A stretch of DNA of 64,000 nt from an uncultured Holophagales bacterium (GTDB taxonomy: Bacteria; Acidobacteriota; Thermoanaerobaculia; Multivoradales; UBA5704). Position 1 is the stretch's first letter. Each line of letters begins with the position of its first letter. Shown here in pieces: positions 28,477-38,792 of the stretch. A program made the position numbers and the translations under genes. The stretch is from assembly GCA_963842525.1 (NCBI GenBank), contig CAWJGT010000012.1, positions 68,809-132,808 on the forward strand, read 5' to 3'. Below the pieces are notes generated by a model. The model was not told where the DNA came from. It saw only the letters and a program-made list of their open reading frames with translations, and did no database searches.

Positions 28477-29238
28477 TCAGAACCTGTACTCCTTCCCCTG
28501 CTCCAGGAACTCGAGGTCGGGGTTCCGGAGCTGCCGGACCTCCTGCCTGATCCGCTCGACGCAGGGGGGCTTCAGGTGGTGCAGGAGGACCGGCACCCGG
28601 CGCTCCAGCTTGCGCAGCTCGGCTTCCAGCGTCCGCGGCGTCAGGTGGAGCGAGACGTCCGCCACGTCCTGGAGCGAGTTGTCGAAGCTCGTCTCGATGC
28701 AGACCGCCTTCAGGTTCGGGATCCGGTTGGCCACCTCCCAGAAACGCTGCGTCGGCCCGGTGTCGCTCGACCAGAGCACGGCCGCGCCGTCCTGCTCGAT
28801 GAGGAAGCCGTGGGTGGGCACCAGGTGGTCCACCGGGATGGGGGTGAAGGTCACGCCGTCGATGACGAGCGGCTCTTCGCTCTCCATCTCCTGGAAGCGC
28901 AGGGCCGGCAGCAGATGGTTCGGCAGACGGGTGAAGTCCGGCCAGGTCGCGTTGTTGAACAGATACTTGCGAATGGCGTACACCGTCGCGGCCGAGGCGT
29001 GCAGGTCGATCGCCTTCTCGCTCTTGCCATAGACGTTCTCGATGAAGAACGGCAGCGAGTTGGTGTGGTCCATGTGGGAGTGGGAGAGCAGGATCGAGTG
29101 CACCTCCACCTGCCGCTCGATGGGCAGGGCCTGCGACAGCGATCCGGCGTCGAGCGCGATCGTGCCGTTGATGAGGAGGCACGTCATCCGGCACTCCAGG
29201 CTCTCTCCGCCGTAGCCCCCGAGGACTTGGATCAACAT
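28477..29238 (-). CDS. MBL-fold hydrolase, class II cyclic-nucleotide phosphodiesterase-like
   Basis: VLGGYGGE, LDAG, SHSHMDH, SSDTGPT, ETSF, HLTP and HHLKP motifs. Confidence 0.85.
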   Translation of the reverse strand: MLIQVLGGYGGESLECRMTCLLINGTIALDAGSLSQALPIERQVEVHSILLSHSHMDHTNSLPFFIENVYGKSEKAIDLHASAATVYAIRKYLFNNATWPDFTRLPNHLLPALRFQEMESEEPLVIDGVTFTPIPVDHLVPTHGFLIEQDGAAVLWSSDTGPTQRFWEVANRIPNLKAVCIETSFDNSLQDVADVSLHLTPRTLEAELRKLERRVPVLLHHLKPPCVERIRQEVRQLRNPDLEFLEQGKEYRF

Positions 29239-29316
29239 ATATTGAACGGATTGTATCTTTTCCAGTGCCAAAGCAACAGGCCCCCCTCGGGCGAGGGGGG
29301 CCAGGAGGGTGAGGTC

Positions 29317-32223
29317 TCAGAACCGCGTGCCGATCCAGAACGCCGTGCGGAAGTCGCCGCCCTCCTTGAAGTCCCACTGCCGCGCGAAGTCCCAGTTGAG
29401 GTCGAAGCCCAGGAAGCGGACCGTGACGCCCCAGCCATAGGCGGCCACTGCGTCCTGCAACCGTCCCTCGTCGCTGTCGTAGAGGTCGAAGTCCTCGAAA
29501 TCGTTGTACCAAGCGCCGCCGATGTCGAAAAAGACGACTCCGCGGATGCCCTGGAACGCCAGCACCGGGGTGGCGATCAGGTCGATCAACGGGAAACGGT
29601 ACTCGACGTTGGCGAAGAAGCCCCGGTCGCCCACCAGATCGCGGAACCCGGTGCCGCGCACGGTGTCGAGCCCGCCGAAGTAGACCGGGTTCGGGAAATT
29701 GCCGGCGCTGAACCCGCCAAAGCCCCGCAGGGCGATGTTGCTCCGCTGGGTCACCGGGATGTACTGCCGTATGTCGAGGTCGTAGTTCCAGAACAGGGTG
29801 CCGCTTTCGTCGAAGTCCGGCGCGTAGGTGGCGTCCAGCCGCCAGCGGCGCCCCGAGACCGGGCCCCAAGGGGCGAACCGGCTCGAATCCCCGACCAGGG
29901 CGCCCTGGACCAGGGGGAAGTTGTGCTCGATGTCAAAGAACTCGAAGTCGAACTGGCCTTCCGGAGTGAGGACCGGGACGGGGATCGAATACTTGCGGAA
30001 GGCGTAGCCGAGCCCCAGCTCGGCCCGCTGGTAGAAGCTGAACGGATAGACGATCGAGCCGATCGCTCCAGTGAGGCGATAGGCGGTCCGGAAGCGGTCC
30101 TCGCGGCCGCTCACCAGATCCCTGGCGGTGTAGAAGCTGCGATCGTCGAAGAGCAGGGCCTGCCACTGCAACCGGTCGCTCATGTCGAGGTAGAGGATGT
30201 TGAAGTTCGCGAAGCTCTCGATCGAGCTGAGATCGGCGAGGATCCGCCGGTCGCCCAGGTTGTCCGAGAAGGTCATCAGGATCCTGCCGATGTAGCTCTG
30301 GTCGTCGTCGACGCCGATATAGCTCTCGGCGCCCTCGAGGAAGAATTTGAAGCCGCCGTACTTCTCCTTGTTGGCGTCGTCGATGGTGACCTGGATGTCC
30401 GGCTCATAGGCGAGCAGCTTCTCGTCCAGCAGCGGCTCGGTGGCGATCTGCGTGGCCTCGGGCTCGCCGACCGGCTGGTCGACGTCCGTGACGTACAGGT
30501 TCATGGTGCCCTTCCAGTAGCCGGTGAAGACGAGCCGCTCCTGCCCTTCGCGCTCGCGCAGCACCGTCGGCATGAAGGCGCCGGTGACCACGTTGGTGTA
30601 CTGGCGCACCTCGCCGCTCCCCAGGTCGAGGCTGAAGATGTTCTCGCGGCCGTCGCGGTCGGACGTGAAGTAGATCCGCTTGCCGTCCGGCGAATAGACC
30701 GGGTCGCCGTCGTTCGAGTTGCCGCTGGTGAGCGGAAAGCGCCGGCCCGGCGGGTCCAGGGGGATACGGAAGAGCTTGGCGTAGCCCTCGCCCACGACCG
30801 AGGCGAGGACGATCGACTGGCCGTCCGGCGAGAAGGTGGGGGCGCCGTCGTAGATCGCATCGTTGGTGAAATTCTTGAACGTGCCGCTCTCGACGTCGAG
30901 GAGGAAGATGTCGAACTGGCCGTCCTTGAAGCCGGAGAAGGCGATCGTCCTGCCGTCCGGGCTCCAGGCGGGCGAGAGCTGCTGCTCGATGGCGTCGATG
31001 TCGAAGATCTTGTGGAGGCCGCCGTTCAGGACGTCGAGCAGCACGAGGCTGCGCCCCCTTTCCCGCTTGGCGAAGACGGCGATGTAGTTGCCGTCGGGCG
31101 AGAAGGAGAGGTCGCGGCCCATCTGCCGTCCGAGCGCCTGCTCCTGGGCGACCAGGTACTGGTACTGGTTGGAATAGCCCTTGGTCAGGTTGCGCAGGAA
31201 GCGCCGCTTCTCGGCGTCGAAGAGGACCACGTCGGTGTCGCCCCGCAGGCTGCTGATGGCGGCGACCAGGTCGCCCGACGGCGAGGCGACGGGCGTGGTC
31301 TCCCACGAGTTGGGGTTGTCCTCGATCCGGAAGAGGCGGCCGAAGTCGCTCGGCTCGCCGGTCTCGACGAGTTGGGGCAGGTACCTGCGGCGCAGCCAGC
31401 GCCGGAACTCGAGGTCGAACTCCTCGGGATCCAGCTTGAAGGTGCGCTCCACGGCGCGGTCCACCCGCGAGCCGATGGTGTTGCGGATCTCGTAGATGAA
31501 GTCGAGGAAGCCGTCGCGGCCCCAGCGCTCCTCGACGAAGTCGAACAGGGCGTGGCCGTAGCGATAGGCGAAGAAGCCGCCGAAGTCCTGGTTGACCGAC
31601 GGCAGGAGGTCGTTGACCACCGCGTCGGTGAGGAACATCTTGTCGCGGGCGCTCTCGTCCTTGGCCATGTAGCTCGCCATGCCCTCCATGAACCAGGTCG
31701 GGGGCGAGGTGGCCACGGCCTTGGCGAGGCTGCCCTGAAACAGCATGTGGTACTGGAAGATATGCGTCAGCTCGTGGGAGATCAGCTCCATCAGCTCCGG
31801 GTCCGGCATGTCGGTGGGCAGGACCATGCGGTAGCGCGCCGGCGACGCGAAGGCGCCCACGCCCTCGGGGATGAAGTTGAGGATGATGTTGTTCTGCTCG
31901 AAGGCCGAGTGGGTGGCGTAGTAGATCAGCGGGACCGGGTCCTTGATCTGGAAGTTGAGCTCCCGCGACAGCCGGTCGTAGGAGCTCTCGGCAAAGGAGA
32001 CGATCTTCTGGAGCTGCGCCTCCTCCGCGGCGTAATAGTGGACGTTGAAATGCGGCGAGTGATAGATCTGCCAGGCAAAGTCCCGGTACTGGACTTTGTT
32101 CTTGCCGAACCCCTGTCCATACCACTGGGGGCCGACCTGGGCTGCGAGCGGACGCAACGGGAGCAGGCATGCCCCGAGCAGCGCCAGGACCAACGGAAGA
32201 CGACGAAAAAATGGACGGATCAA
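29317..32223 (-). CDS. Omp85/BamA-TamA family protein with N-terminal peptidase MA-like domain and TolB/PD40 beta-propeller
   Basis: FGKNKVQY, HELTH...WFMEGMA, SPDG repeats, VRG loop, terminal FWIGTRF beta-signal. Confidence 0.88.
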   Translation of the reverse strand: MIRPFFRRLPLVLALLGACLLPLRPLAAQVGPQWYGQGFGKNKVQYRDFAWQIYHSPHFNVHYYAAEEAQLQKIVSFAESSYDRLSRELNFQIKDPVPLIYYATHSAFEQNNIILNFIPEGVGAFASPARYRMVLPTDMPDPELMELISHELTHIFQYHMLFQGSLAKAVATSPPTWFMEGMASYMAKDESARDKMFLTDAVVNDLLPSVNQDFGGFFAYRYGHALFDFVEERWGRDGFLDFIYEIRNTIGSRVDRAVERTFKLDPEEFDLEFRRWLRRRYLPQLVETGEPSDFGRLFRIEDNPNSWETTPVASPSGDLVAAISSLRGDTDVVLFDAEKRRFLRNLTKGYSNQYQYLVAQEQALGRQMGRDLSFSPDGNYIAVFAKRERGRSLVLLDVLNGGLHKIFDIDAIEQQLSPAWSPDGRTIAFSGFKDGQFDIFLLDVESGTFKNFTNDAIYDGAPTFSPDGQSIVLASVVGEGYAKLFRIPLDPPGRRFPLTSGNSNDGDPVYSPDGKRIYFTSDRDGRENIFSLDLGSGEVRQYTNVVTGAFMPTVLREREGQERLVFTGYWKGTMNLYVTDVDQPVGEPEATQIATEPLLDEKLLAYEPDIQVTIDDANKEKYGGFKFFLEGAESYIGVDDDQSYIGRILMTFSDNLGDRRILADLSSIESFANFNILYLDMSDRLQWQALLFDDRSFYTARDLVSGREDRFRTAYRLTGAIGSIVYPFSFYQRAELGLGYAFRKYSIPVPVLTPEGQFDFEFFDIEHNFPLVQGALVGDSSRFAPWGPVSGRRWRLDATYAPDFDESGTLFWNYDLDIRQYIPVTQRSNIALRGFGGFSAGNFPNPVYFGGLDTVRGTGFRDLVGDRGFFANVEYRFPLIDLIATPVLAFQGIRGVVFFDIGGAWYNDFEDFDLYDSDEGRLQDAVAAYGWGVTVRFLGFDLNWDFARQWDFKEGGDFRTAFWIGTRF

Positions 32224-32245
32224 AAGAGATCTCCTTTTGCGCCCT

Positions 32246-32941
32246 CTACTGGGTGAACAGGATACGCGTTGCCTCCACCTCTTTCTGGGTGAAGACGTTC
32301 AAGATCCGGTCCTCCAGGGACAGGAGGTTCTCGAACATGCCGGCCAGGGGGTCGGTGTTCTCTCCCTCGAAATTCTGAAAGTCTTTGAAATTGTCCTGGT
32401 ACAGGACCTTTCCGGTCTTGCCGTCATAGACCTGCAGCAGGATGTCGTACTCGAAGCCGGTCTGCTCGACCAGGATCTGGCGGTAATAGGTCCGGCCGTT
32501 GTACGGCGAGATGTACTCCTCGGTGCGGTAGCCGGTGCGGTCCTGGATGTCGAAGTCCAGGCCGCCGGAGAGGATCAGGTCGGCCTGCGTCCGCTCGCCC
32601 AGGGCGCTCCAGAAGTCCTGCTGCTTGGCGAGCTGGTCGAGGTCGTAGACCGGGAAGTCCACCGGCCCGGGCTCGATGATCTTCAGCTCGGTCTCGCGGC
32701 GCAGGACCTTGACCAGGTAGCGCTCGAACTCCTTCTGCACGTCGATGTCGCGGCCCTGCACCTTGTTCGCCCCTTCCTTGCTGACCACGATGAAGGGCGC
32801 GACGGCGAGGATATTGCGCCCCTGGAGGTTCAGGCGGGCGGGCTGCGGCAGCTTGAGGTGGACCTCGACCGGGCCGGCCACGGCCGGCAGGCCGGACAGG
32901 CCGACGAGGATCGCGATCGTCCCCAGGCGGATGGCTTTCAT
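32246..32941 (-). CDS. Secreted hypothetical protein (possibly CsgG/TolB-N-like alpha/beta fold)
   Basis: Signal peptide; LAVAPF...LGERTQADLILSG...QVYDGKTGKVLY pattern. Confidence 0.7.
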   Translation of the reverse strand: MKAIRLGTIAILVGLSGLPAVAGPVEVHLKLPQPARLNLQGRNILAVAPFIVVSKEGANKVQGRDIDVQKEFERYLVKVLRRETELKIIEPGPVDFPVYDLDQLAKQQDFWSALGERTQADLILSGGLDFDIQDRTGYRTEEYISPYNGRTYYRQILVEQTGFEYDILLQVYDGKTGKVLYQDNFKDFQNFEGENTDPLAGMFENLLSLEDRILNVFTQKEVEATRILFTQ

Positions 32942-33001
32942 GGCACTGGCCTCCTTGCTTGATCTCGGCACCTCCCCGGATGCAAGGAGGCGCCGCTTCG
33001 T

Positions 33002-33556
33002 TCAGGCGGGCGGCGGGTCGTCCGCCGGCGGCTCCTCGGTTTCGACGGGCCCCCCGGTCTCGATGGGCCCATTACCGGGCCCATTGCCGGCCGCCGGCCC
33101 GAGAGGCGGCGGAGGCGGGGGGCTCGCGGCCGGAGGCTGGGTGGGCGGCACGGGGTTGGTGGCACTGCCGGCCGCGGCCGTGGCGTCCTTGTTCTCCTGC
33201 TTCTTGTAGCCCTGGTAGAACTCGGCGAAACGGACGTAGTTGGCCTTCAGCTCGCGGTTGCCCGGGTCGAGCTTGAGCGCCTTCTGGTAATACTCGAGCG
33301 CTTTCTCGAAATCCCCGGCCGCCTCGTACGCGACACCGAGGTTGTTCTGGACCCGCGGGTTGTTGGGGTCGAGCTGCTCGGCCTGGTGGAACCGGAAGAG
33401 GGCCTCTTCCCAGAGCCCGCGGCGCGCCATGTCCACGCCGAAGGCGAGCTGGCTGGAAGGCTGTTTGGGCTTGCCATACCCGCCGCCGCACGAGACGGCA
33501 AGCAGCGGGAGAGAGATCCAGAGGACTGCGGCGCGCAGGCGCATGGACTCGTGCAT
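33002..33556 (-). CDS. TPR lipoprotein
   Basis: Lipobox LAVSC, TPR motif DPNNPRVQNNLGVAYEAAGDFEKALEYYQKAL, Pro-rich tail. Confidence 0.85.
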   Translation of the reverse strand: MHESMRLRAAVLWISLPLLAVSCGGGYGKPKQPSSQLAFGVDMARRGLWEEALFRFHQAEQLDPNNPRVQNNLGVAYEAAGDFEKALEYYQKALKLDPGNRELKANYVRFAEFYQGYKKQENKDATAAAGSATNPVPPTQPPAASPPPPPPLGPAAGNGPGNGPIETGGPVETEEPPADDPPPA

Positions 33557-33728
33557 CGAAGAGCTCCCGGGTTAGGGGAACGGGGGATGGAGCGGGTCAT
33601 ACTTCACCTCCCAAGTTCCGAGGAGCCTAGTATACACAGACCGCACCGCTTGGCCTCCTCTTCTTATCCGCCCTCTCCTCCCACCCTATTGCGTCCCTGT
33701 GCTACCTTGTCGCGGCGAGACGCTCCCG

Positions 33729-34850
33729 ATGACCCTGACCGCCACCTCCCCGCGCGAGCTGCTGCTCGCCCTGAACGCCGCGCCGCACCTGTCGCGCCCG
33801 GCCATGTATCGCCTCGCCTCCGAGTTGGAGCGCTGGCAGGGCTCTTCCGAGCCGCCGGAGGTGCTGGCCGCAGCGGTGGGCGTCCCCCGCAAGCAGGTGG
33901 AGAAGGCGCTCGCCGTGGCCCGCGAGGCCTCGCGCATCGCGGACCGCGAGCTGGCCGAGGCGGAAAAGCTGGAGGCGCAGGTCGTCTCTCTGGACGAGCC
34001 CGGCTATCCGGCCGCGTTGCGCCAGCTCCCCCTGCCTCCCCCCATCCTCTACATAAGAGGCCGGATCCCGGACGGCCCCGCCGTGGCCATCGTCGGATCG
34101 CGCCGGGCCGATTCCTACGGCTCCGAGGCCGCCGAGCTGTTCGCCCGGGCCCTGGGAGCCGCCGGGGTCACGGTGGTCTCCGGCTTCGCCCGCGGCATCG
34201 ACGCGGCGGCTCACCGGGGAGCGCTCGCCGCGGAAGGCGGCCGGACGGTGGCCGTCCTCGGCTGCGGCCTCGGGGTTGACTATCCGCGCGGGCACGACCG
34301 GCTCGGCCGCGAGATCGCCGGCCGCGGTGCCCTGGTCACCGAGTTCCCGTGCGGCCTCTCGCCCCGCTCCTGGCACTTCCCGGTCCGCAACCGGGTGATC
34401 GCCGCGCTGGGGGCCGGCACCCTGGTCGTGCAGGCCGCCCCCCGGTCGGGCTCGCTGGTCACGGCGCGCCACGCCCTCGACCTGGGCCGCGAGATCTGGG
34501 CCATCCCCGGGCGGATCTTCGACGAGCGCTCGCTCGGGCCGAACGCCCTGATCCGTGACGGCGCCGCCCTGGTCCAGCATCCGAAGGACATCCTGGACGC
34601 GCTCCTCCCGCCCGGGGCTCCCCAGATCCGCCTCTTTGCGCCCGAGCCCGAGCCGCGTCCGGCTGATCCGGAGCCGCCGCCGGGGCTGGCCGGTCAGGTC
34701 CTCGCCGCCCTCCCGCCGGGAGCCGTCCGCCTGCCCGAGGAGATCGCAGCCGGGCTCGAAGAGTCGGTCGACCAGGTGCTCGGCGCCCTGCTGGAGCTGG
34801 AGCTGGAAGGATGGGTGAAGCGGCTGCCGGGAGGAGCCTACAGCCGGTGA
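33729..34850 (+). CDS. dprA: DNA-processing protein DprA
   Basis: AIVGSR, VSGFARGIDAAAH, FPVRNRVIA, SGSLVTA, C-terminal winged helix; upstream of topA. Confidence 0.95.
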   Translation: MTLTATSPRELLLALNAAPHLSRPAMYRLASELERWQGSSEPPEVLAAAVGVPRKQVEKALAVAREASRIADRELAEAEKLEAQVVSLDEPGYPAALRQLPLPPPILYIRGRIPDGPAVAIVGSRRADSYGSEAAELFARALGAAGVTVVSGFARGIDAAAHRGALAAEGGRTVAVLGCGLGVDYPRGHDRLGREIAGRGALVTEFPCGLSPRSWHFPVRNRVIAALGAGTLVVQAAPRSGSLVTARHALDLGREIWAIPGRIFDERSLGPNALIRDGAALVQHPKDILDALLPPGAPQIRLFAPEPEPRPADPEPPPGLAGQVLAALPPGAVRLPEEIAAGLEESVDQVLGALLELELEGWVKRLPGGAYSR

Positions 34851-35056
34851 CCTCACCCCCTGGCCCCCTCTCCCATCGCCCCACCCCCGACCGGGAGAGG
34901 GGGACGTAGCTGAGGCTTGAAGGCGAGGTCGAGGCTTCCTTGTGTGTAAGGGAGTCCTTGAAGAGGCTCGGCAAGCTACCCCCTCAGAGCACCAACCACG
35001 TCCCCCCTCTCCCGGTGGAAGGGGGGGCGATGGGAGAGGGGGACAGGGGGTGAGGT
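34850..35056. repeat. REP doublet (REPIN-like), CCTCACCCC/CCCTCTCCC family
   Basis: ~60-nt inverted arms ACCTCACCCCCTG.CCCCCTCTCCCATCGCCCCC...GGGGGACGT / ACGTCCCCCC...GGGGTGAGGT. Confidence 0.85.
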
Positions 35057-35143
35057 TGCGGCCAACGCGGACGGGTGCTAGTGTCGCCGGCTTGCTAGAG
35101 CTGTAGAAATTTGTGAGCGCCCTCCAGCGTTGATAGGGACCCG

Positions 35144-37498
35144 ATGGCGAAAAACCTGTTGATCGTCGAAAGCCCCGCGAAGACGCGGACCCTCCGGAAA
35201 TTCCTCGGCCGGCAGTATGCCGTCGAGGCCTCGCTCGGCCACATCCGGGACCTGAAGAAGGGCAAGGACATCGGGATCGGCGCGGACTACGAGCCCAAAT
35301 ACGTGGTCCTCGAGGCCAAGAAAGAGGTGGTGCGGAAGCTCCGCAAGGCGGCCAAGGAGGCCGAGATGGTCTACCTCGCGCCCGACCCCGACCGCGAGGG
35401 CGAGGCCATCGCCTGGCACATCGCCGAGATCCTGGACAAGGAGCCCGACGCGATCCGCCGTGTGACCTTCAACGAGATCACCAAGGGGGCCGTGCTCAAG
35501 GCCCTGGAGCACCCAGGCCAGATCGACCTGCGCAAGGTCGACGCCCAGCAGGCGCGGCGCATCCTCGACCGCATGATGGGCTTCCGGCTCTCGCCGCTCC
35601 TCTGGGAGAAAATCAAGCAGGGCCTCTCCGCCGGGCGCGTGCAGTCCGTGGCCTTGAAGATGGTCTGCGGCCGGCAGGACGAGATCGACGCCTTCCAGTC
35701 CGAGGAGTACTGGATCCTCGGCGCCGACCTGCAGGCCGACCAGCCGCCGCCGTTCAATGCCCGCTTGCACCGCATCGACGGCAAGAAGGCCGAGGTCGAC
35801 AACGGCGAGGACGCCGCGCGCATCGTCCGCGATCTGGAGTCCGGCCGCTTCGTGGTGGCCAAGGTCGAGCGCAAGGAGTCCAGGCAGCGGCCCGCGCCCC
35901 CCTTCATCACCAGCCGCCTGCAGCAGGAGGCGGCGCGCCGCTTCGGCTTCTCGGTCAAGCGCACCATGAGCCTGGCGCAGGGCCTCTACGAAGGCCGCGA
36001 CATCGGCGACCGCGGCTCGATCGGCCTCATCACCTACATGCGGACCGACTCGACCCGCGTGGCCGAGGAGGCGCTGGAGGCCGTGCGTGAAGTGATCGGC
36101 GCCACCTACGGCCCCCAGTCGCTGCCGGAGAAGCCCAACCGCTACGCGTCGAAGAAAGGCGCGCAGGACGCGCACGAGGCGATCCGTCCGACCACCTTCG
36201 ACCTGCCGCCGGACGCCGTGCGGGACTTCCTGAACCCGGAAGAATTCAAGCTCTACAAACTGGTCTGGGACCGCTTCGTCGCCTCCCAGATGCTGCCCGC
36301 CGTCTTCGACGTCACCCAGGTGGACGTCGAGAACGGCCCGTATACCCTCCGCGTCACCGGCAAGGTGCTGCGCAGCCCCGGCTTCCTCGCCGTCTATCGC
36401 GAGACGCCCGACGAGGAGGCCCCCTCCAAGGAAACCGAAGAGGGAGCGGAGGGGCTCGCCGAGGGCATGCTCCCGGCGCTCTCCGAAGGGCAGGAGCTCG
36501 AGCTCCTCAAGCTCAACAGCGAGCAGAAGTTCACCCAACCGCCCGCCCAGTACAGCGAGGCGACGCTGGTCAAGGCGCTGGAAGAAAACGGCATCGGGCG
36601 CCCCTCGACCTACGCCTCGATCCTCGCGACCCTGACCGACCGCAGCTATGTCGACAAGGTCGAAGGCAGATTCCGCCCCTCCCCACTGGGCAAGGTCGTC
36701 AACGGCATGCTCCAGAAGGGGTTCAACGACATCATCAACGAGGGGTATACGGCGGCGCTCGAAGAGCAGCTCGACAAGATCGAGGACGGCGACCTCGACT
36801 GGAAGCAGGCCCTCGGGGAGTTCGACCGCAAGTTCACCCGCGACCTGGAGACGGCCGGCGAGCAGATGCCGAACGTCAAGAAGGACGGCATCCCCCTGGG
36901 CGAGACCTGTCCGCTCGACGGCGGCGAGCTTCTGATGCGCTTCGGCCGCTACGGCGCCTTCGTGGCCTGCAGCAACTATCCGGAGTGCAAATACACCCGC
37001 AACGTCGAGCCGGAGCCCGCGACGAACGGCACCGGCACCGAAGCTGCCGAGGGGACCGCCGCGGCCAGCAGCGAGGAAGAGATCCCGCCCTGCGAGAAGT
37101 GCGGCCGGCCGATGGCCCTGCGCCGCAGCCGTTTCGGCACCTTCTACGGCTGCACCGGCTATCCCGAGTGCAAGAACCTGCGCAAGCCGGCCGGCGCCCG
37201 CAAGGCGCAGGAGCCCAAGCCCACGGGCGTCACCTGCCCCGAGTGCGGCAAGGGCGAGATGCTGGAGAAGACCTCGTTCCGCGGCAAGACCTTCTGGTCC
37301 TGCAGCCGCTTCCCGGACTGCAAGTTCGCGCTCTGGAAGAAGCCGGTCCTCAAGGAGTGCCCCGACTGCGGCGCGCCGTTCCTCCTCGAAAAGGTCACCA
37401 AGCGCCACGGCACGCAGTACATCTGCAACACCGAGGGGTGCGCTCACGTCGAGGACGTCGAGGATGTCGAGCCGGTCGAGGCGATCGTCACGGCGTAG
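35144..37498 (+). CDS. topA: DNA topoisomerase I
   Basis: IVESPAK, DPDREGE, SAGRVQS, ITYMRTD, GIGRPSTYA and C-terminal Zn ribbons. Confidence 0.98.
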   Translation: MAKNLLIVESPAKTRTLRKFLGRQYAVEASLGHIRDLKKGKDIGIGADYEPKYVVLEAKKEVVRKLRKAAKEAEMVYLAPDPDREGEAIAWHIAEILDKEPDAIRRVTFNEITKGAVLKALEHPGQIDLRKVDAQQARRILDRMMGFRLSPLLWEKIKQGLSAGRVQSVALKMVCGRQDEIDAFQSEEYWILGADLQADQPPPFNARLHRIDGKKAEVDNGEDAARIVRDLESGRFVVAKVERKESRQRPAPPFITSRLQQEAARRFGFSVKRTMSLAQGLYEGRDIGDRGSIGLITYMRTDSTRVAEEALEAVREVIGATYGPQSLPEKPNRYASKKGAQDAHEAIRPTTFDLPPDAVRDFLNPEEFKLYKLVWDRFVASQMLPAVFDVTQVDVENGPYTLRVTGKVLRSPGFLAVYRETPDEEAPSKETEEGAEGLAEGMLPALSEGQELELLKLNSEQKFTQPPAQYSEATLVKALEENGIGRPSTYASILATLTDRSYVDKVEGRFRPSPLGKVVNGMLQKGFNDIINEGYTAALEEQLDKIEDGDLDWKQALGEFDRKFTRDLETAGEQMPNVKKDGIPLGETCPLDGGELLMRFGRYGAFVACSNYPECKYTRNVEPEPATNGTGTEAAEGTAAASSEEEIPPCEKCGRPMALRRSRFGTFYGCTGYPECKNLRKPAGARKAQEPKPTGVTCPECGKGEMLEKTSFRGKTFWSCSRFPDCKFALWKKPVLKECPDCGAPFLLEKVTKRHGTQYICNTEGCAHVEDVEDVEPVEAIVTA

Positions 37499-37549
37499 AT
37501 CGGTCCGCCAAAGTCATCTGCTGCGGGCGGCCGCGACGTAGGAGGAGAT

Positions 37550-38335
37550 ATGAGACGTACGACGAAGCCCGTCCTCTGTCTCCTGGCCGCCTCCCTGCTC
37601 GCGACCGCCGCCGCCGCGGCCCCGCCGCCGGACTACCAGGTCTGGCAGGACCTGCTCACAAAGCACTACGACCCGGCCCGGGGGATGAATTACAAGGCCC
37701 TCAAGGCCAATGACAAGGCCACTCTCGACCGGCTGCGCCAGAGCCTGGCCCAGGTCGAGGTCAAGGCCCTCTCTCCCAAGGACCAGCTCGCCTACTGGAT
37801 CAACCTCTACAACGTCTCGACCGTCGCCGTGGTCGTCGACCACTACCCGGTCGAATCGATCCGCGACATCTCGACCGACCCGGTCGTCCGCCTGAACGTC
37901 TTCAAGAAGGACTCCGTGAAGACGAAGCAGGGAGCGATGTCGCTCAACGACGTCGAGAACGAGAAGATCCGGGAAGGGTTCAAGGACCCGCGCATCCACT
38001 TCGCGATCAACTGCGCGGCCAAGAGCTGCCCGCCGATCCGGCCCGAGCCCTACGTCGGAGAGCGGCTCGACCAGCAGCTCGACGACCAGGCGCGCAAGTT
38101 CCTGAACGGCCCGTTGGGCGTCCGGCTGGAGAAGGACGGCGACGGGCTGACGCTCCACGCCACCAAGATCCTGGACTGGTTCGCCGACGACTTCGAGAAG
38201 TGGGGCGGCGGCCGGGTCGCCTTCATCCGCAAGTACCTGCCGGCGGACAAGCAGAAGCAGATCGACGCCGCCCGGGGCAAAGTCGATCTGGACTTCAACG
38301 ACTACGACTGGAAGCTCAACGACGCGTCCCGGTAG
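37550..38335 (+). CDS. Secreted DUF547 domain protein
   Basis: LAYWINLYN, DPRIHFAINCAAKSCPP, KILDWFADDF, YDWKLND. Confidence 0.9.
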   Translation: MRRTTKPVLCLLAASLLATAAAAAPPPDYQVWQDLLTKHYDPARGMNYKALKANDKATLDRLRQSLAQVEVKALSPKDQLAYWINLYNVSTVAVVVDHYPVESIRDISTDPVVRLNVFKKDSVKTKQGAMSLNDVENEKIREGFKDPRIHFAINCAAKSCPPIRPEPYVGERLDQQLDDQARKFLNGPLGVRLEKDGDGLTLHATKILDWFADDFEKWGGGRVAFIRKYLPADKQKQIDAARGKVDLDFNDYDWKLNDASR

Positions 38336-38362
38336 AGCGGCCGGGGTGGGGGGAGCCCTCGC

Positions 38363-38745
38363 ATGATCGGTCAGCCGTGGTCCGTGGGAAGAGTCCTGAA
38401 GCTGTTCCGCGAGCCGGCCACAGCCGAGAAGCGGAAGATCCTGGCCGAACAGCGGCAACGGACCGGGCGGACCCTGCGAGCGGCCACGACAATGACGGTC
38501 ACACGCCAGAACCTGCCCGACATCGCCGACGTGGTGCGCTGGACCGTGCGCAACCGCGACGCCTTCAGCCTCATCAGCTTCCAGCCGCTCGCCCGGGTGG
38601 GAAGGACGCGCAAGGGCTTGGAAGGGGTAACGCCGGACGAGCTCTGGCGGGAGATCGGCCGCGCCACCGCCGACTTCGGGCTGTGGGCCCCCGGTGAGCC
38701 GCTCCCTGCTCGCGCTTTGGGACGATCGCATTCTCTCCGCCTGCT
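38363..38745 (+). pseudogene. Internal fragment of a radical-SAM-like protein
   Basis: TMTVTRQNLPDIADVVRW...ISFQPLARVGR resembles the C-terminal part of a radical SAM barrel; no CxxxCxxC motif. Confidence 0.4.
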
Positions 38746-38792
38746 ACACTCCCCGGGTGGCCCCGATGCTCGGGCTGCCGGGAGGGTGGAGT

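Noticed and set aside
28393-32256. Long antisense ORFs (e.g. 1287 aa here; also 3354-6233, 23032-25089, 35078-37447, 42246-44738)
   Set aside because: These are shadow frames of real genes, expected in high-GC DNA.
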